Shown: positions 29,755 through 41,292, counted from the first letter of the stretch. The stretch: 64,000 nt of DNA from Armatimonadota bacterium (GCA_046292385.1 JBKBRF010000018.1:1-64000); one strand, 5' to 3'. Numbers and translations are program-made. Notes: generated by a model from the sequence alone, not told the origin.

Positions 29755-31178
29755 CGCACGAGCTGCCCGGCGCGGCGAGCGCTTCCGGGGCGGGTGCGCG
29801 GAGCCGGCCTGCGACCCTGCTCCCGCTAGTCCTTACCGCCGCGGCGGTGTGGCCGGTCTGGCCCTACCTGCTCCGCGCCTACACCGCGCCCGGCGCCGAT
29901 CCCGCACCGGCGCTGCTGCTCGGCGCGGTCCTGGCCTGGTCGCTGCACCGGGCTGTGCGCGGCGCCGCGGGGACCTCGCCGCTCGTCACCTGGATCGCGC
30001 TGGGGATCTACGCGCTCGGCTATCCGTTTCTGCCGCCGCTGGCGCGGGCGCTGCTGGGGCTGGGGGCGCTCGGCGCGGCACTCGTCTCGCTGCCGGGCTG
30101 CGGTTGGCGCACGCAGAGCGGCATTGCGGCGCTGGCGCTCCTCGCCGCGCCCTCCACCGACACCCTCAACTTCTTCCTGGGCGGACCGCTCCGGTCCGCC
30201 TGCGCCTGGCTGGCGGCAGGGCTCCTCGCCCCGACCGGCGTTCCGGCCGCGGTGGAGGGCGCCACGCTCACCGTCGCCGGGCGCCTCTTCAGCGTCGACG
30301 CCCCCTGCTCCGGCGTCAACGGGCTCTGGGCCGGCGCGGTGATCGCCGCCGTCCTGGCGCTCCACTTCCGGCTGCCGCCCCTCCGCACCGCCGCACTCCT
30401 CGCGACCGTGGCACCCCTCTGCGTGCTGGGGAACGCCTGGCGCGCGGCGGCGCTGGTGCAGATGGAGCGGCTCGCCAGCGCCGGAGCTTCCCAGCCGGAC
30501 TGGGCGCATCCCGGCGTCGGGCTGGTCGTCTTCGCCGCCACCGTCGCGCTGCTCGCGGGCGCCGCCTACCGGCTGCAGCCTCGCTCCCCCGCCTCACCGC
30601 AGTGCGCCCCGGTCGAATCCGCGCGCGGCAGCCGCCTCGGGTGGGGAGTCGCCCTCGCCGCCGCGCTGGCGCCGCTCTGGGGCGCGGGCGCCGCCGGACC
30701 CTCGCAGACGGCTGCGGCGTTCCCCGGCTGGCCGGAAAGCTGGCAGGGCGCGCCGCTCCGCCGGCTGCCGGCGCGCGCGGTCGACCGCCGCTGGGCGGCG
30801 CTGGCTCCCGGTCCGCTGGCGCGCTTCGCCCTGCCGGACGGCTCGGAGCTGCTGCTCGCCTGGGTAGACCGCCCCACGCGCGCCGTCCACCCGGCGGAAG
30901 ACTGCTACCGCGGCAGCGGGTACGAGGTCACGCCCCTCCCGCCGGTCCGCGCTCCCCTGCCCCGTTGGACAGCCGGGGATGCAACCAGCGGCGTCTGGCG
31001 CCGGTTCCGCGTGGAGCGAGACGGCCGGGCGCAGGAAGTGCGCGGCGTGATCGTCTCCGAGACGGGAGAGGCGTACGCCGACCCCTCCTGGTGGTGGTGG
31101 CGCACCGCCGGACCCGGCGCGCAGGACCCCGGCCCCTGGTGGGTGGTCACCGTCTCCCGGTCGGACTCGAGCCGCTAG
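29742..31178 (+). CDS. Exosortase fused to an EpsI-like C-terminal domain
   Basis: GTG start overlapping the upstream stop; multi-TM; Cys (DAPCSG), Arg (GNAWR) and His (WAHPG) triad; HPAEDCYRGSGY. Confidence 0.85.
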   Translation: MSQLTHELPGAASASGAGARSRPATLLPLVLTAAAVWPVWPYLLRAYTAPGADPAPALLLGAVLAWSLHRAVRGAAGTSPLVTWIALGIYALGYPFLPPLARALLGLGALGAALVSLPGCGWRTQSGIAALALLAAPSTDTLNFFLGGPLRSACAWLAAGLLAPTGVPAAVEGATLTVAGRLFSVDAPCSGVNGLWAGAVIAAVLALHFRLPPLRTAALLATVAPLCVLGNAWRAAALVQMERLASAGASQPDWAHPGVGLVVFAATVALLAGAAYRLQPRSPASPQCAPVESARGSRLGWGVALAAALAPLWGAGAAGPSQTAAAFPGWPESWQGAPLRRLPARAVDRRWAALAPGPLARFALPDGSELLLAWVDRPTRAVHPAEDCYRGSGYEVTPLPPVRAPLPRWTAGDATSGVWRRFRVERDGRAQEVRGVIVSETGEAYADPSWWWWRTAGPGAQDPGPWWVVTVSRSDSSR

Positions 31179-31191
31179 CGGGAGCGCGCGC

Positions 31192-31279
31192 CAGGTTCGC
31201 AGGCTGGCACGTTCCAGGTCGAGCTCCCCGGTGGCTGGGGTTCGGAAACCTGGAACCTGTCCACCTGGCACCTGCCAAC
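31192..31279. repeat. CAGGTT/AACCTG palindromic element
   Basis: Degenerate copy of the 15702-15790 architecture between convergent genes. Confidence 0.65.
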
Positions 31280-31340
31280 AATATCGAGGGAGCCGCTCTC
31301 CCACTCCCACCCATCAGAAGTACCCGGAAGCACGGATGGA

Positions 31341-33113
31341 TCACCCCTCCGCGAGGAGCATGTCAGCGACTTCGGTCGTCTCCGCGTCGAGGTTGTCGCC
31401 CAGCTCGTGGAGGCAGTCGCGGATGCGGCGGGCGGCGAGGTGGCAGAAGTAGCGGCCGAGGCGCACCTCTTCCTCCACGCGGCCCGGCTCCGTGTCCGGC
31501 TCCTGCAGGGCGCTGTCCAGGCGCGCCACGACGGCGCTCATCAGGTAGAGCTCGGTGGCGGCGTCCGCGATGCGGGCCTGCACGTACTGGAGCTCCAGGA
31601 TTCCCTCGCGGTGGCGCATGAGCTGGCCTTCGACCGCCCGCCCGAAGGTGCGGACCTGCTCCTCGAGCAGGTGCCCCAGGTCGTCGATCTCCGCGCTGCG
31701 AAGCGGCACGCGGACGTGGTCCTGGCCCGGCAGGTGGCGGCGGGCGAAGCCGGTCAGCTTGCCGAAGCCTTCCAGAGGGGAGCGGAGCGCGTCGAGCACG
31801 TCCTTTAGCGCCAGGCCGACGTCGCGCATGCCGACCAGCCCGACGAAGGTGCGCAGCACGTCGTTGGCACCCTCGCCGATCAGATTGATCCGGGCGTCCC
31901 GCATCATCCGCTCGTAGGGGCGGTCGGTGAAGTAGGCGCGCCCGCCGAAGATCTGGATCGTCTCGTTGATGATCTCCCAGAGCGCCTCGCTGGCGTAGAC
32001 CTTCAGCATGGCGGTCTCCACCATGTACTCTTCCGCGCCGCGGTCGATCAACCCCGCCGTGAAGTAGGTCGCCGCCTCCATCGCGTAGGCCATCGCGCCC
32101 ATCCGCGCGAGCTTCCGCTTCACCAGCTCGAACTCGCCGAGCGGCTTCCCGAACTGGACCCGGGTCCGCGCGTGCTCCAGCGCCTCCCGCACGCACCGCT
32201 TCGCCACGCCGGTACAGGTAGCGCCGAAGGTGGTGCGGCCGTAGTCGAGCAGCGTCAGCGCCACCCGCAGCCCGCGCCCGGGCTCGCCCAGCACGTTCGC
32301 GACCGGCACCTCCATGCAGTGAAAGGCGAGCTTGCTGGTGACGGTGCCGCGGATGCCGCACTTCTCCAGCGCCGCGACCTCCACCTCGAAGCCCGGCATG
32401 TCGGGCGTCACCAGGAAGGCGGTCACCCGCTCCCGCCCCTTCTCGTCGCGGGCGCCGGGGACCTTTGCCATCACCGTCAGCAGCCCCGCGATGGCGCCGT
32501 TGGTGATCCACTGCTTGCGGCCGTTCAGCACGTAGTGCGTGCCTGCTTCATTCAGGACCGCGCGCGTCTCGATCCCGCCGGCGTCCGAGCCCGCGTTCGG
32601 CTCGGTGAGCGCGAATGCCGCCAGCAGCTCGCCCCGGGCCAGCCGCGGCAGCCACTCCGCCTTCTGCTCCGGCGTGCCGAAGAGGAGCAGCCCCTTCAGC
32701 CCGATGCTCTGGTGCGCGTTCACGAAGACGGCGAGGGAGGCGTCGACCGCCCCGATCTTTTCCATCACGCGGCAGTAGGCCTGCTGGGAGAGCCCCAGGC
32801 CGCCGTACTCCCGGGGGATCGACATCGAGAGCACTCCAAGATCCCCCAGGCCGCGGATCACCGGGTCCGGAATGCACGCGTCACGGTCGATCCGGTCCGG
32901 GTCGACCTCCCGCGCCAGGAACTCTCGGACCCGCGCCAGGTACTCTTCCTGCTGGGAGCGCTCCTCCGCACTCGGGACGGGATACGGCAGCGCGCTCGCG
33001 TCGAACCGCCCGAAGAAGAGCTCCTTGGCGAAGCTGCGGCGGGTCTCCGCCCCCAACAGCTCCTCCGCCTCTCGCATCTGGCGCTCGCGGTCCGACTCCG
33101 TGCCGGCCGACAT
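31341..33113 (-). CDS. Acyl-CoA dehydrogenase (ACAD9/VLCAD-like)
   Basis: [44 protein letters not shown]. Confidence 0.95.
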   Translation of the reverse strand: MSAGTESDRERQMREAEELLGAETRRSFAKELFFGRFDASALPYPVPSAEERSQQEEYLARVREFLAREVDPDRIDRDACIPDPVIRGLGDLGVLSMSIPREYGGLGLSQQAYCRVMEKIGAVDASLAVFVNAHQSIGLKGLLLFGTPEQKAEWLPRLARGELLAAFALTEPNAGSDAGGIETRAVLNEAGTHYVLNGRKQWITNGAIAGLLTVMAKVPGARDEKGRERVTAFLVTPDMPGFEVEVAALEKCGIRGTVTSKLAFHCMEVPVANVLGEPGRGLRVALTLLDYGRTTFGATCTGVAKRCVREALEHARTRVQFGKPLGEFELVKRKLARMGAMAYAMEAATYFTAGLIDRGAEEYMVETAMLKVYASEALWEIINETIQIFGGRAYFTDRPYERMMRDARINLIGEGANDVLRTFVGLVGMRDVGLALKDVLDALRSPLEGFGKLTGFARRHLPGQDHVRVPLRSAEIDDLGHLLEEQVRTFGRAVEGQLMRHREGILELQYVQARIADAATELYLMSAVVARLDSALQEPDTEPGRVEEEVRLGRYFCHLAARRIRDCLHELGDNLDAETTEVADMLLAEG

Positions 33114-33302
33114 CGCTGCCTCCTTTCGTTTCTCCTTCTATAGATACCCCGACGAAGGGGCGCGCACTTCGGTTCTGCCTCGGCACGCCGGGGTTCGTGC
33201 GTTCCACGTGCCGGTACGGTAAGACTGAGGCGTCGGCGCCTTACCGGCAAGCGTGGGCAGCGGAGCGAGAAAGACTTGAGCACAGAGAGCGGGACCGAAC
33301 GG

Positions 33303-35207
33303 ATGGGCTTTGACGGACTGCGGGTGGTGGCCCTGGAGAGCCGCCGCGCGAAGGAGATGGAGTCGATCCTCCGCAGCTACGGCGGCGAGCCGCTGGTAGC
33401 GCCCTCCATGCGGGAGCTGCCGCTCGACGAGAACGCGGAGGCGTTCGCCTTCGCGGAGAAGCTGCTGGCGGGAGAGATCGACGCCGTCATCTTCCTGACC
33501 GGAGTCGGCGCGCAGGCGCTGGTCCAGGCGCTCGAGTCGCGCTACAGCCGGGACGAGATCGTGGATGCCCTTTCCGGCGTCACCACCGTGGCACGCGGAC
33601 CGAAGCCGGTGAAGGCGCTGCGAGAGCTTGGGGTGCCGGTCGGTCTCACCGTCCCGGAGCCGAACACCTGGCGCGAGATCCTGGAGACGCTGGAAAGCGA
33701 GCCGCGCGGGATCGACCTGAAGGGCGCCCGGATCGCCGTGCAGGAGTACGGCCTGCCGAACGACGCGCTGACCGACGGCCTCCGCGAGCGCGGCGCGGAA
33801 GTGACGACGGTCCGCGTCTACCGCTGGGCGTTGCCGGAAGACCTGGAGCCGCTGCGAGACGCCATCCGGGAGCTCGCCGAAGGGCGCGCGCAGGTGCTCC
33901 TCTTCACCAGCTCCAACCAGGCGACCCACCTGCTGCAGGTCGCCGCGGAGATGGGGCTGGAGGCGCCGCTTCGAGACGCGCTCGATCGGATCGTCGTCGG
34001 CTCGATCGGGCCGACCTGCACCGAGACGCTGACCCAGTACGGTATTCCGGTCGACGTGGAGCCGGAGCATCCCCGCATGGGGCACCTGGTGCGCGAAACG
34101 GCGGAGCGCGCCGGCGAGATCCTGAAGCGGAAGCAGTCCGCCCCCGCCGCGCCGCGCGCCTCCGCCCCCGCGGCCGAGCCGTGGAACGACGCCCCGTTTC
34201 TGAAGGCGTGCCGCCGCGAGCCGACCCCCTACACGCCCGTCTGGCTGATGCGACAGGCCGGCCGCTACATGCAGGAATACCGGGAGGTCCGCGCCCGCCA
34301 CAGCTTCCTGGAGCTCTGCAAGAACCCGGAGCTCGTGGCGGAGGTGACGGTCTTCGCCGCGGAGCGGATCAAGGCGGACGCCGCCATCATCTTCGCCGAC
34401 ATCCTGCTGATCGTGGAGCCGCTGGGGCTGAACCTGGAGTACAGCAAGGGGGACGGCCCGGTCATCTCTCCCGTGATCCGGGAGAGCGCCGACATCGACC
34501 GGCTCTGCGAGGTCGATCCCGACTCCCTCTCCTACGTCTACGACGCGGTCCGCGCCACCCGCCAGGCGCTCGATCCGAAGACGCCGCTGATCGGCTTCTG
34601 CGGAGCGCCGTTCACCCTCGCCTCGTACATGATCGAGGGCGGCGGCTCGCGAAACTACGAGAATACGAAGTCGCTGATGTACCGCGACTCCGGCGCCTGG
34701 CACGCGCTCATGGATCGGATCGCCCGGGGGCTGATCGGTTACGTGAACCGGCAGGTCGAAGCCGGGGCGCAGTGCATCCAGATCTTCGATAGCTGGGTCG
34801 GCTCCCTCGGGCCGGAGGACTACCGCGAGTTCGTGCTCCCCCACTCCCGCACCCTGATCCAGGGCATCACCCCCGGTGTGCCGGTGATCCACTTCGGCAC
34901 CGGAACCGGCACCATGCTGCGCGACATCCGGGATGCCGGCGGCGACGTGATCGGCCTCGACTGGCGCACTCCGATCGACCGCGGCTGGGCGGAGGTGGGG
35001 TACGACCGCGCCGTCCAGGGCAACCTCGACCCGCTGATCCTCTTTGCGGAGCCGGAGTATATCGAAAAGCGCGCCCGGCAGATCCTGGACCAGGCGGAAG
35101 GCCGCCCCGGCCACATCTTCAACCTGGGCCACGGCATCCTGCCGAAGACCCCCGTCGACCACGTGGTCCGGCTGATCGAGTACGTCCACGAGTACTCCAG
35201 CCGCTGA
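33303..35207 (+). CDS. hemE: Uroporphyrinogen-III synthase / uroporphyrinogen decarboxylase fusion (HemD-HemE)
   Basis: N-half HemD (LESRR, FLTGVG, ARGPKP, VYRW, FTSS, SIGP); C-half HemE (PVWLMRQAGRY, GAPFTLASY, QIFDSW, QGNLDP, FNLGHG). Confidence 0.92.
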   Translation: MGFDGLRVVALESRRAKEMESILRSYGGEPLVAPSMRELPLDENAEAFAFAEKLLAGEIDAVIFLTGVGAQALVQALESRYSRDEIVDALSGVTTVARGPKPVKALRELGVPVGLTVPEPNTWREILETLESEPRGIDLKGARIAVQEYGLPNDALTDGLRERGAEVTTVRVYRWALPEDLEPLRDAIRELAEGRAQVLLFTSSNQATHLLQVAAEMGLEAPLRDALDRIVVGSIGPTCTETLTQYGIPVDVEPEHPRMGHLVRETAERAGEILKRKQSAPAAPRASAPAAEPWNDAPFLKACRREPTPYTPVWLMRQAGRYMQEYREVRARHSFLELCKNPELVAEVTVFAAERIKADAAIIFADILLIVEPLGLNLEYSKGDGPVISPVIRESADIDRLCEVDPDSLSYVYDAVRATRQALDPKTPLIGFCGAPFTLASYMIEGGGSRNYENTKSLMYRDSGAWHALMDRIARGLIGYVNRQVEAGAQCIQIFDSWVGSLGPEDYREFVLPHSRTLIQGITPGVPVIHFGTGTGTMLRDIRDAGGDVIGLDWRTPIDRGWAEVGYDRAVQGNLDPLILFAEPEYIEKRARQILDQAEGRPGHIFNLGHGILPKTPVDHVVRLIEYVHEYSSR

Positions 35208-35903
35208 TTTTTCGACACAGAGGGACACAGACGAACCAGCAGAGGAACACAGCGCGGCTGATGCCGCAACCAAACTCACGGCGGCGGGAGAAAGAGTCTC
35301 TCGGCGAGATCGTCATCGCTCCGGGAGTCCACCCCGCGCCCTCCCCGCCCTGCGGGCGCAAAGCTGGTCGTGCTGCACCGGCTTGGGGCAACCCGCCGGC
35401 TGCCGACCGCGCCCAGACCCGAGGCGCCCGGAGGGTGCCAGTTGTGACCACCCCTGGCAGGGGTGGTAGCTCGAAGGGTCGGGAGGCAGCCCGTGAGCTC
35501 CCCTGTCGGCACGGGTTACGCTTCCTGGCGCGGGAAGGGCTTCTCGACGAAAGCTCCCGCAGCGGCCTGCTAACGGAGCGCAGCGGAGTGTGAAAAGGCC
35601 GCGGAGGGCCTTCGTCGCGGGAGGGCTGCCTCCCGGCACAAGGGCTCGGGGTCGGGTTACGGGATCGATTCTGCAGCTCGAAGAGAAGCAAAAGCGCCAC
35701 ACAACTGGCACCCTCCGGCTCCGCGCGGCGCAGGCGCGCGATGACCACCAGCAAAACCTGCGCATCCCGGCCCGACTCTCGCGGTGAGTAGTACAGAGCC
35801 TTTAGGATTGGGCGGTACCCGCTGTGGCGTTGGCACGCTGCAGTCCGTGCCGGAGATCTGTGTCTGTTCTGTCGGTTCTTCTGTGTCCCTCTGTGTCGAA
35901 AAA
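35208..35903. mobile_element. MITE-like segment bounded by a perfect 24-bp inverted repeat
   Basis: TTTTTCGACACAGAGGGACACAGA (35208-35231) and its reverse complement (35880-35903); no convincing ORF inside. Confidence 0.55.
35421..35655 (+). repeat. Structured intergenic repeat element, copy 2 of 4
   Basis: Stem 35478-35492/35623-35637; leading CCACCCC..GGGGTGG hairpin; conserved internal motifs. Confidence 0.8.
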
Positions 35904-35911
35904 CTCCACCC

Positions 35912-36442
35912 CTACCGGCCGGGACCCGGCTGGAACCTCCGCTGCCGGGGTGGTCCGAACGGCGCCGCGCCTGGGTCGACGAGGTGATACTCCGCAGCCC
36001 GCTGGACGTGCCAGCGGCCCCACCGGTACCGCAGCCGCATCAGGTAGCGTGTGGTGGCGACGTCGTAGACGCACGCGCTGGCGCGGAGATCGACCACGAA
36101 CGGGCCTCGCCACTGCAGGTCGCCGGCACGGAGCAGCACCCACGGCGGGGCGTTGGCGGTGCCGCTGGTCCAGGCGGGGTCCGCCGACGGGCAGGCCGAG
36201 ACCTCCTGCACGGTGGCGCCCGCTCCCCCGAACCGCGCCAGGAGCGCGCGGGGCGGGTCCACGTCGTCCTCAGGGTGACTCGAAAGGTAGTAGGCGCCCG
36301 GCGAGGGGTTCTGGCGCTCCATGAGGTGCCGCAGCGCCGCCTCGCGGACCGCGGCGTCCTGCATCACGGGCCAGTTCGCGATGTAGACGCAGCCGCCGAG
36401 AACCACCGCGAGAGCGATCCCGAGCCGGACGATACGCCGCAT
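35912..36442 (-). CDS. Hypothetical membrane-anchored protein
   Basis: ATG with GGAG RBS; N-terminal hydrophobic helix. Confidence 0.6.
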   Translation of the reverse strand: MRRIVRLGIALAVVLGGCVYIANWPVMQDAAVREAALRHLMERQNPSPGAYYLSSHPEDDVDPPRALLARFGGAGATVQEVSACPSADPAWTSGTANAPPWVLLRAGDLQWRGPFVVDLRASACVYDVATTRYLMRLRYRWGRWHVQRAAEYHLVDPGAAPFGPPRQRRFQPGPGR

Positions 36443-36527
36443 TGCCTCTCCCCTTAACAGACTAATAATACAAGGGTTTCCGCGCATGCATGAGCGCACG
36501 ATTCTGATCGACTACCGGGTCCCTCCG

Positions 36528-36660
36528 CAGACAGGAGAGGGACACCGAGGGCGCAGGGAAAACACAGACCTCAGGCGGGGTCGCCACCGGTAGATCCAGA
36601 AGCCCAAGAGCCCGGAAGTTCTGTGTTCCTCTCGTCTGTTCTTCTGTGTCCCTCTGTGTC
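36528..36660. repeat. ACACAGAG/CTCTGTGT palindromic element
   Basis: 36620-36660 closely matches 35858-35898; degenerate inverted partner at 36528-36570. Confidence 0.6.
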
Positions 36661-36666
36661 AAGCAA

Positions 36667-38163
36667 ATGAAGCTCCTCGCAATCGACCTGGGTGCCAGCG
36701 GCGGGCGCGTGCTGGCGGCAACTCTCTCCGGGACCGGATCCGGGCACTCGCTCGAGCTGTCGGAGGCGCACCGGTTCCCACACGGGCCGATCCCACTTCC
36801 CCGGGCCGGCGGCGTCACCTACTGCTGGGACGCCGTGCTGCTCTGGAGCGAGGTTCTGAGCGGCTTGCGGAAGGCCGGCCACGAGCACGGACGCGTGGAG
36901 AGCGTGGGGGTCGACACCTGGGGAGTCGACTTCGGACTCCTCGACCGCCAGGGCGGCCTGCTCGCCAATCCGGTCAGCTACCGGGACTCCCGCACGGACG
37001 GCATGATGGAGCTTGCCTTCTCGCGCGTCTCGCGAGACGAGATCTTCCGGCGGACCGGCCTCCAGTTCATGCCGCTGAACACGCTCTACCAGCTCCTGGC
37101 GCTGAAGGAGCAGGACTCGCCCACGCTGCCGCTGGTGGAGCGGATGCTGCTGATTCCGGACCTGCTCCACTACTGGCTCTGCGGCAGCGAGACGGTGGAA
37201 TACACCAACGCGAGCACCACGCAGATGCTCGACTCCCACAGCCGCTCGTGGGACCTGGAGCTGCTCCGCCGGCTGGAGGTCCCCCACTCGTTTCTGCCGG
37301 AGATCGTCCCGGAGGGGAGCCGCCTGGGGCGGCTGCGGGCGGTGGTGGCGGACGAGACCGGCCTCTCCACCCGGGTGCAGGTGATCTGCCCCGCCACGCA
37401 CGACACCGGCTCCGCCGTGGTGGCGACACCCGGAGAGGGTGCCGATTGGGCGTTCTTGAGCGCCGGCACCTGGTGCTTGTTCGGGGCGGAGGTCGACCGC
37501 CCGTACCTCGACCCTGCCGTGCTGGAGGCCGGGTTCAGCAACGAGGGCGGCGTACGCGGGACGACGCGGCTGCTGCGGAACATCACCGGGCTCTGGCTGG
37601 TGCAGGAGTGCCGCCGGTACTGGGCTTCGCAGGGGGAGAGCTACTCGTATGCCGATCTGGCGGCTCTGGCGGCGGGGGCCCGGCCGTTCGCAGCGGTGCT
37701 CGATCCGGACGACCCAGGCTTCGCGCAGCCGACCCGAATGCCGCACGCGATTGCGGACTACTGCCGGCGGACCGGGCAAGCGGTCCCGGAAGGTCCGGGC
37801 GAGCTGGTCCGTGTAGCGATGGAAGGCATCGCGCTTACGGTGCGCCGGCGCTGGGAGCAGCTCCAGCGCATCCTGGGCCGGCGCCTCTCCGTGCTGCACA
37901 TCGTCGGTGGAGGCACGCAGAACACGCTGCTCTGCCAGCTCATCGCCAACGCGCTCGGCTGCCCCGTGCTGGCCGGACCGACGGAGGCGACCGCGATGGG
38001 CAACGCGCTGGTGCAGGCGGTCGGGCTCGGCGCGCTCGATTACTCAGAAGCGCGGCAGGTAGTCCGCCGCTCCGTCACGCTGGCGGAGTACCGGCCGGAG
38101 GAGACCGGCGCGTGGGACGAAGCCTACGGGCGCTACCTCGCGCTGTTCGAGCCGAAGGGCTGA
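36667..38163 (+). CDS. rhaB: Rhamnulokinase family (FGGY) sugar kinase
   Basis: AIDLGASGGR, GVDTWGVDF, YRD.RT, NTLYQL, HDTGSAV, NITGLWL.QE, GP.EATA.GN. Confidence 0.88.
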   Translation: MKLLAIDLGASGGRVLAATLSGTGSGHSLELSEAHRFPHGPIPLPRAGGVTYCWDAVLLWSEVLSGLRKAGHEHGRVESVGVDTWGVDFGLLDRQGGLLANPVSYRDSRTDGMMELAFSRVSRDEIFRRTGLQFMPLNTLYQLLALKEQDSPTLPLVERMLLIPDLLHYWLCGSETVEYTNASTTQMLDSHSRSWDLELLRRLEVPHSFLPEIVPEGSRLGRLRAVVADETGLSTRVQVICPATHDTGSAVVATPGEGADWAFLSAGTWCLFGAEVDRPYLDPAVLEAGFSNEGGVRGTTRLLRNITGLWLVQECRRYWASQGESYSYADLAALAAGARPFAAVLDPDDPGFAQPTRMPHAIADYCRRTGQAVPEGPGELVRVAMEGIALTVRRRWEQLQRILGRRLSVLHIVGGGTQNTLLCQLIANALGCPVLAGPTEATAMGNALVQAVGLGALDYSEARQVVRRSVTLAEYRPEETGAWDEAYGRYLALFEPKG

Positions 38164-38164
38164 G

Positions 38165-38578
38165 CTACCCTCCCTGGCACCCGAGCCAGTGCTCCGGAAG
38201 CAGCTCCCGGAGCGGGACCACGCGGTCGCGCGCCAGCACCACCCCGGTGTCCAGGTTCCCGGGATCGATCTGAACCATCAACTCCCGGCAGCGCCCACAC
38301 GGCGGCACGATCGCAGCCCCGGCGACGGCCACCACCAGCTCGATCGCGGTTTCCCGCGCCTTCAGCATCTCGGCCACCGCGGCGTGCTCGGCGCAGAAGC
38401 CGATGCCGCACGCCAGGTCGAGGCAGATGCCGGTAAACACTCGTCCGCTCCGGGTGCGGAGCGCCGCCGCGCAGGAGCCGGCGGAGAAGTCCCGTCCCAG
38501 GGAAAACTCGCCGTAAACCGCTTCGGCGGCTTTCAGCAGCTCGTCGATCTCGGATGGATCGAGTGGGGCTATCGACAT
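38165..38578 (-). CDS. Cytidine deaminase family protein
   Basis: CAEHAA and PPCGRCRE zinc motifs; ELLP near the C-terminus. Confidence 0.88.
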   Translation of the reverse strand: MSIAPLDPSEIDELLKAAEAVYGEFSLGRDFSAGSCAAALRTRSGRVFTGICLDLACGIGFCAEHAAVAEMLKARETAIELVVAVAGAAIVPPCGRCRELMVQIDPGNLDTGVVLARDRVVPLRELLPEHWLGCQGG

Positions 38579-38774
38579 TCCGTTTCCGTCCTCCTGCCGC
38601 GTCGGCCGGCAGCAGATTCCAATCACTGCCGGAATTCTCCCTGCCAGCGCTGAGGAATTTACCTTCGCCAGCCAAGAATCCGGAACCCGTTCCGGGTTTG
38701 CCGGGTCTGCCACCTGTCCGCGGCGTTTCGAGGAGAGGCGCTGGCGGAAAGACGTAGACGAGGTGACGAGGATT

Positions 38775-39236
38775 ATGAACGCAAGTCTCAGGAAAGTATG
38801 GGCCTCGCTCGGCGCGGCAGTGCTCGGGCTGACGATGCTCACCGTGATAGACGTCAAGCCCGCGGACGCCCGGCCGCCGGCACATGCCCCGGCGCATGGC
38901 TACCGCCGGAAGCAGGCGGCGCGCACCTACCGGACCTACCGGCCGGCTTACTCGCGCACCCGGCCTTCCCAGTACACGGTGTACCGGCGGATGCAGCCGT
39001 ACCGGCGCGACCGCCGCTACTCGACCTACAACCGGTACTCTCGGTACAACCGCTCCAGTACATACCGCACCAACCGGTATCCCCGCGCGAAGGATATCGA
39101 CCGGGACGGCGTCCGGAATCGATATGACCGCGACATGGACGGCGACGGTCGCCGCAACCATTGGGACAAGGACGTCGACGGTGACGGCCGCCGGAACCGG
39201 AATGACGATCACCGACGGAACCCGAAGCGCCGCTAA
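38775..39236 (+). CDS. Secreted Arg/Tyr-rich protein with DxDxDG Ca-binding-like repeats
   Basis: Signal peptide; PPAHAPAHGYRRK; three D(I/M/V)D.DG..N..D repeats. Confidence 0.7.
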   Translation: MNASLRKVWASLGAAVLGLTMLTVIDVKPADARPPAHAPAHGYRRKQAARTYRTYRPAYSRTRPSQYTVYRRMQPYRRDRRYSTYNRYSRYNRSSTYRTNRYPRAKDIDRDGVRNRYDRDMDGDGRRNHWDKDVDGDGRRNRNDDHRRNPKRR

Positions 39237-39484
39237 CCGGCACGATCGGTAGATGCCTGGGGCACTTTCGTCCAGCCCCACTCCAGAGATGAGCCATCCC
39301 GACCCTGGGGTGGCTCATCTCGCATTTGGAGAGCCCTGCCCTTGGGAAATGCTGACCGTCGGGGTCGCATCACCCGCGGGAAGGGCTCTTACGCATCCGG
39401 AGTATGCGTCTCGCTGTACCGAGGGAAGCTGCGATCTCTGCGCCGCCTCGCGGGCGGCCCGGTGAGCTCTCCGTCTCGCGGCGT

Positions 39485-39514
39485 TTGACTTCGCTTTATG
39501 GGGGTCGCTATAAT
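39485..39514 (+). promoter_or_regulatory. Sigma70-type promoter of rpoZ-dnaJ-prmA
   Basis: TTGACT-18 nt-TATAAT about 47 nt upstream of rpoZ. Confidence 0.75.
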
Positions 39515-39561
39515 CGCACGGGCTTTCCCGACCTCCCAGAAGAGAGATCGAAGAAGAGATC

Positions 39562-40020
39562 ATGATCCTCCAGTCCACCGACGAACTCGAAAAGCAGATC
39601 GGGAACAAGTATTCCCTGGTCATCGTGGCTGCCAAGCGGGCACGGCAGCTGAAGGAGGGTCACGCCCCTCTCGCCACCGATCCCTCCCCCAATCCGATCA
39701 GCCTGGCGCTGCGTGAGATTCAGGAAGGGCAGATCGGCTCTATCGCTCCGCCCGTGGAAGAAGTGGCGCCGGCGCCGCGCGATCTGATCTCCGATCTCGT
39801 CACGGGGGCCGACTTCGACCTGGATGAGGACCTCGATCTCGAAGACAGCGACGCGGTGGACGATCTCGCCGCGCTGCTGGTCGGCGAAGACGACGAGACC
39901 GAGGAAGAGGAGGCGGAAGCCGATACCGATGACGATCTCGCGACGGATGACGACACGGAAGATAGCGAGGACGCCGACGAGTCGGACGAGGCCGAGGAAG
40001 AGGACGCTGACGAGGAGTAG
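39562..40020 (+). CDS. rpoZ: RNA polymerase omega subunit with acidic C-terminal extension
   Basis: NKYSLVIVAAKRARQL..NPISLALREI. Confidence 0.9.
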   Translation: MILQSTDELEKQIGNKYSLVIVAAKRARQLKEGHAPLATDPSPNPISLALREIQEGQIGSIAPPVEEVAPAPRDLISDLVTGADFDLDEDLDLEDSDAVDDLAALLVGEDDETEEEEAEADTDDDLATDDDTEDSEDADESDEAEEEDADEE

Positions 40021-40089
40021 TAGCGGAAAGGTCTTCCGCACCGCGTCTGCGGACGGTCGCGTGCCCGGGGAGTGCGGAGTCGCGCAGCG

Positions 40090-41292
<1,203 letters not shown>

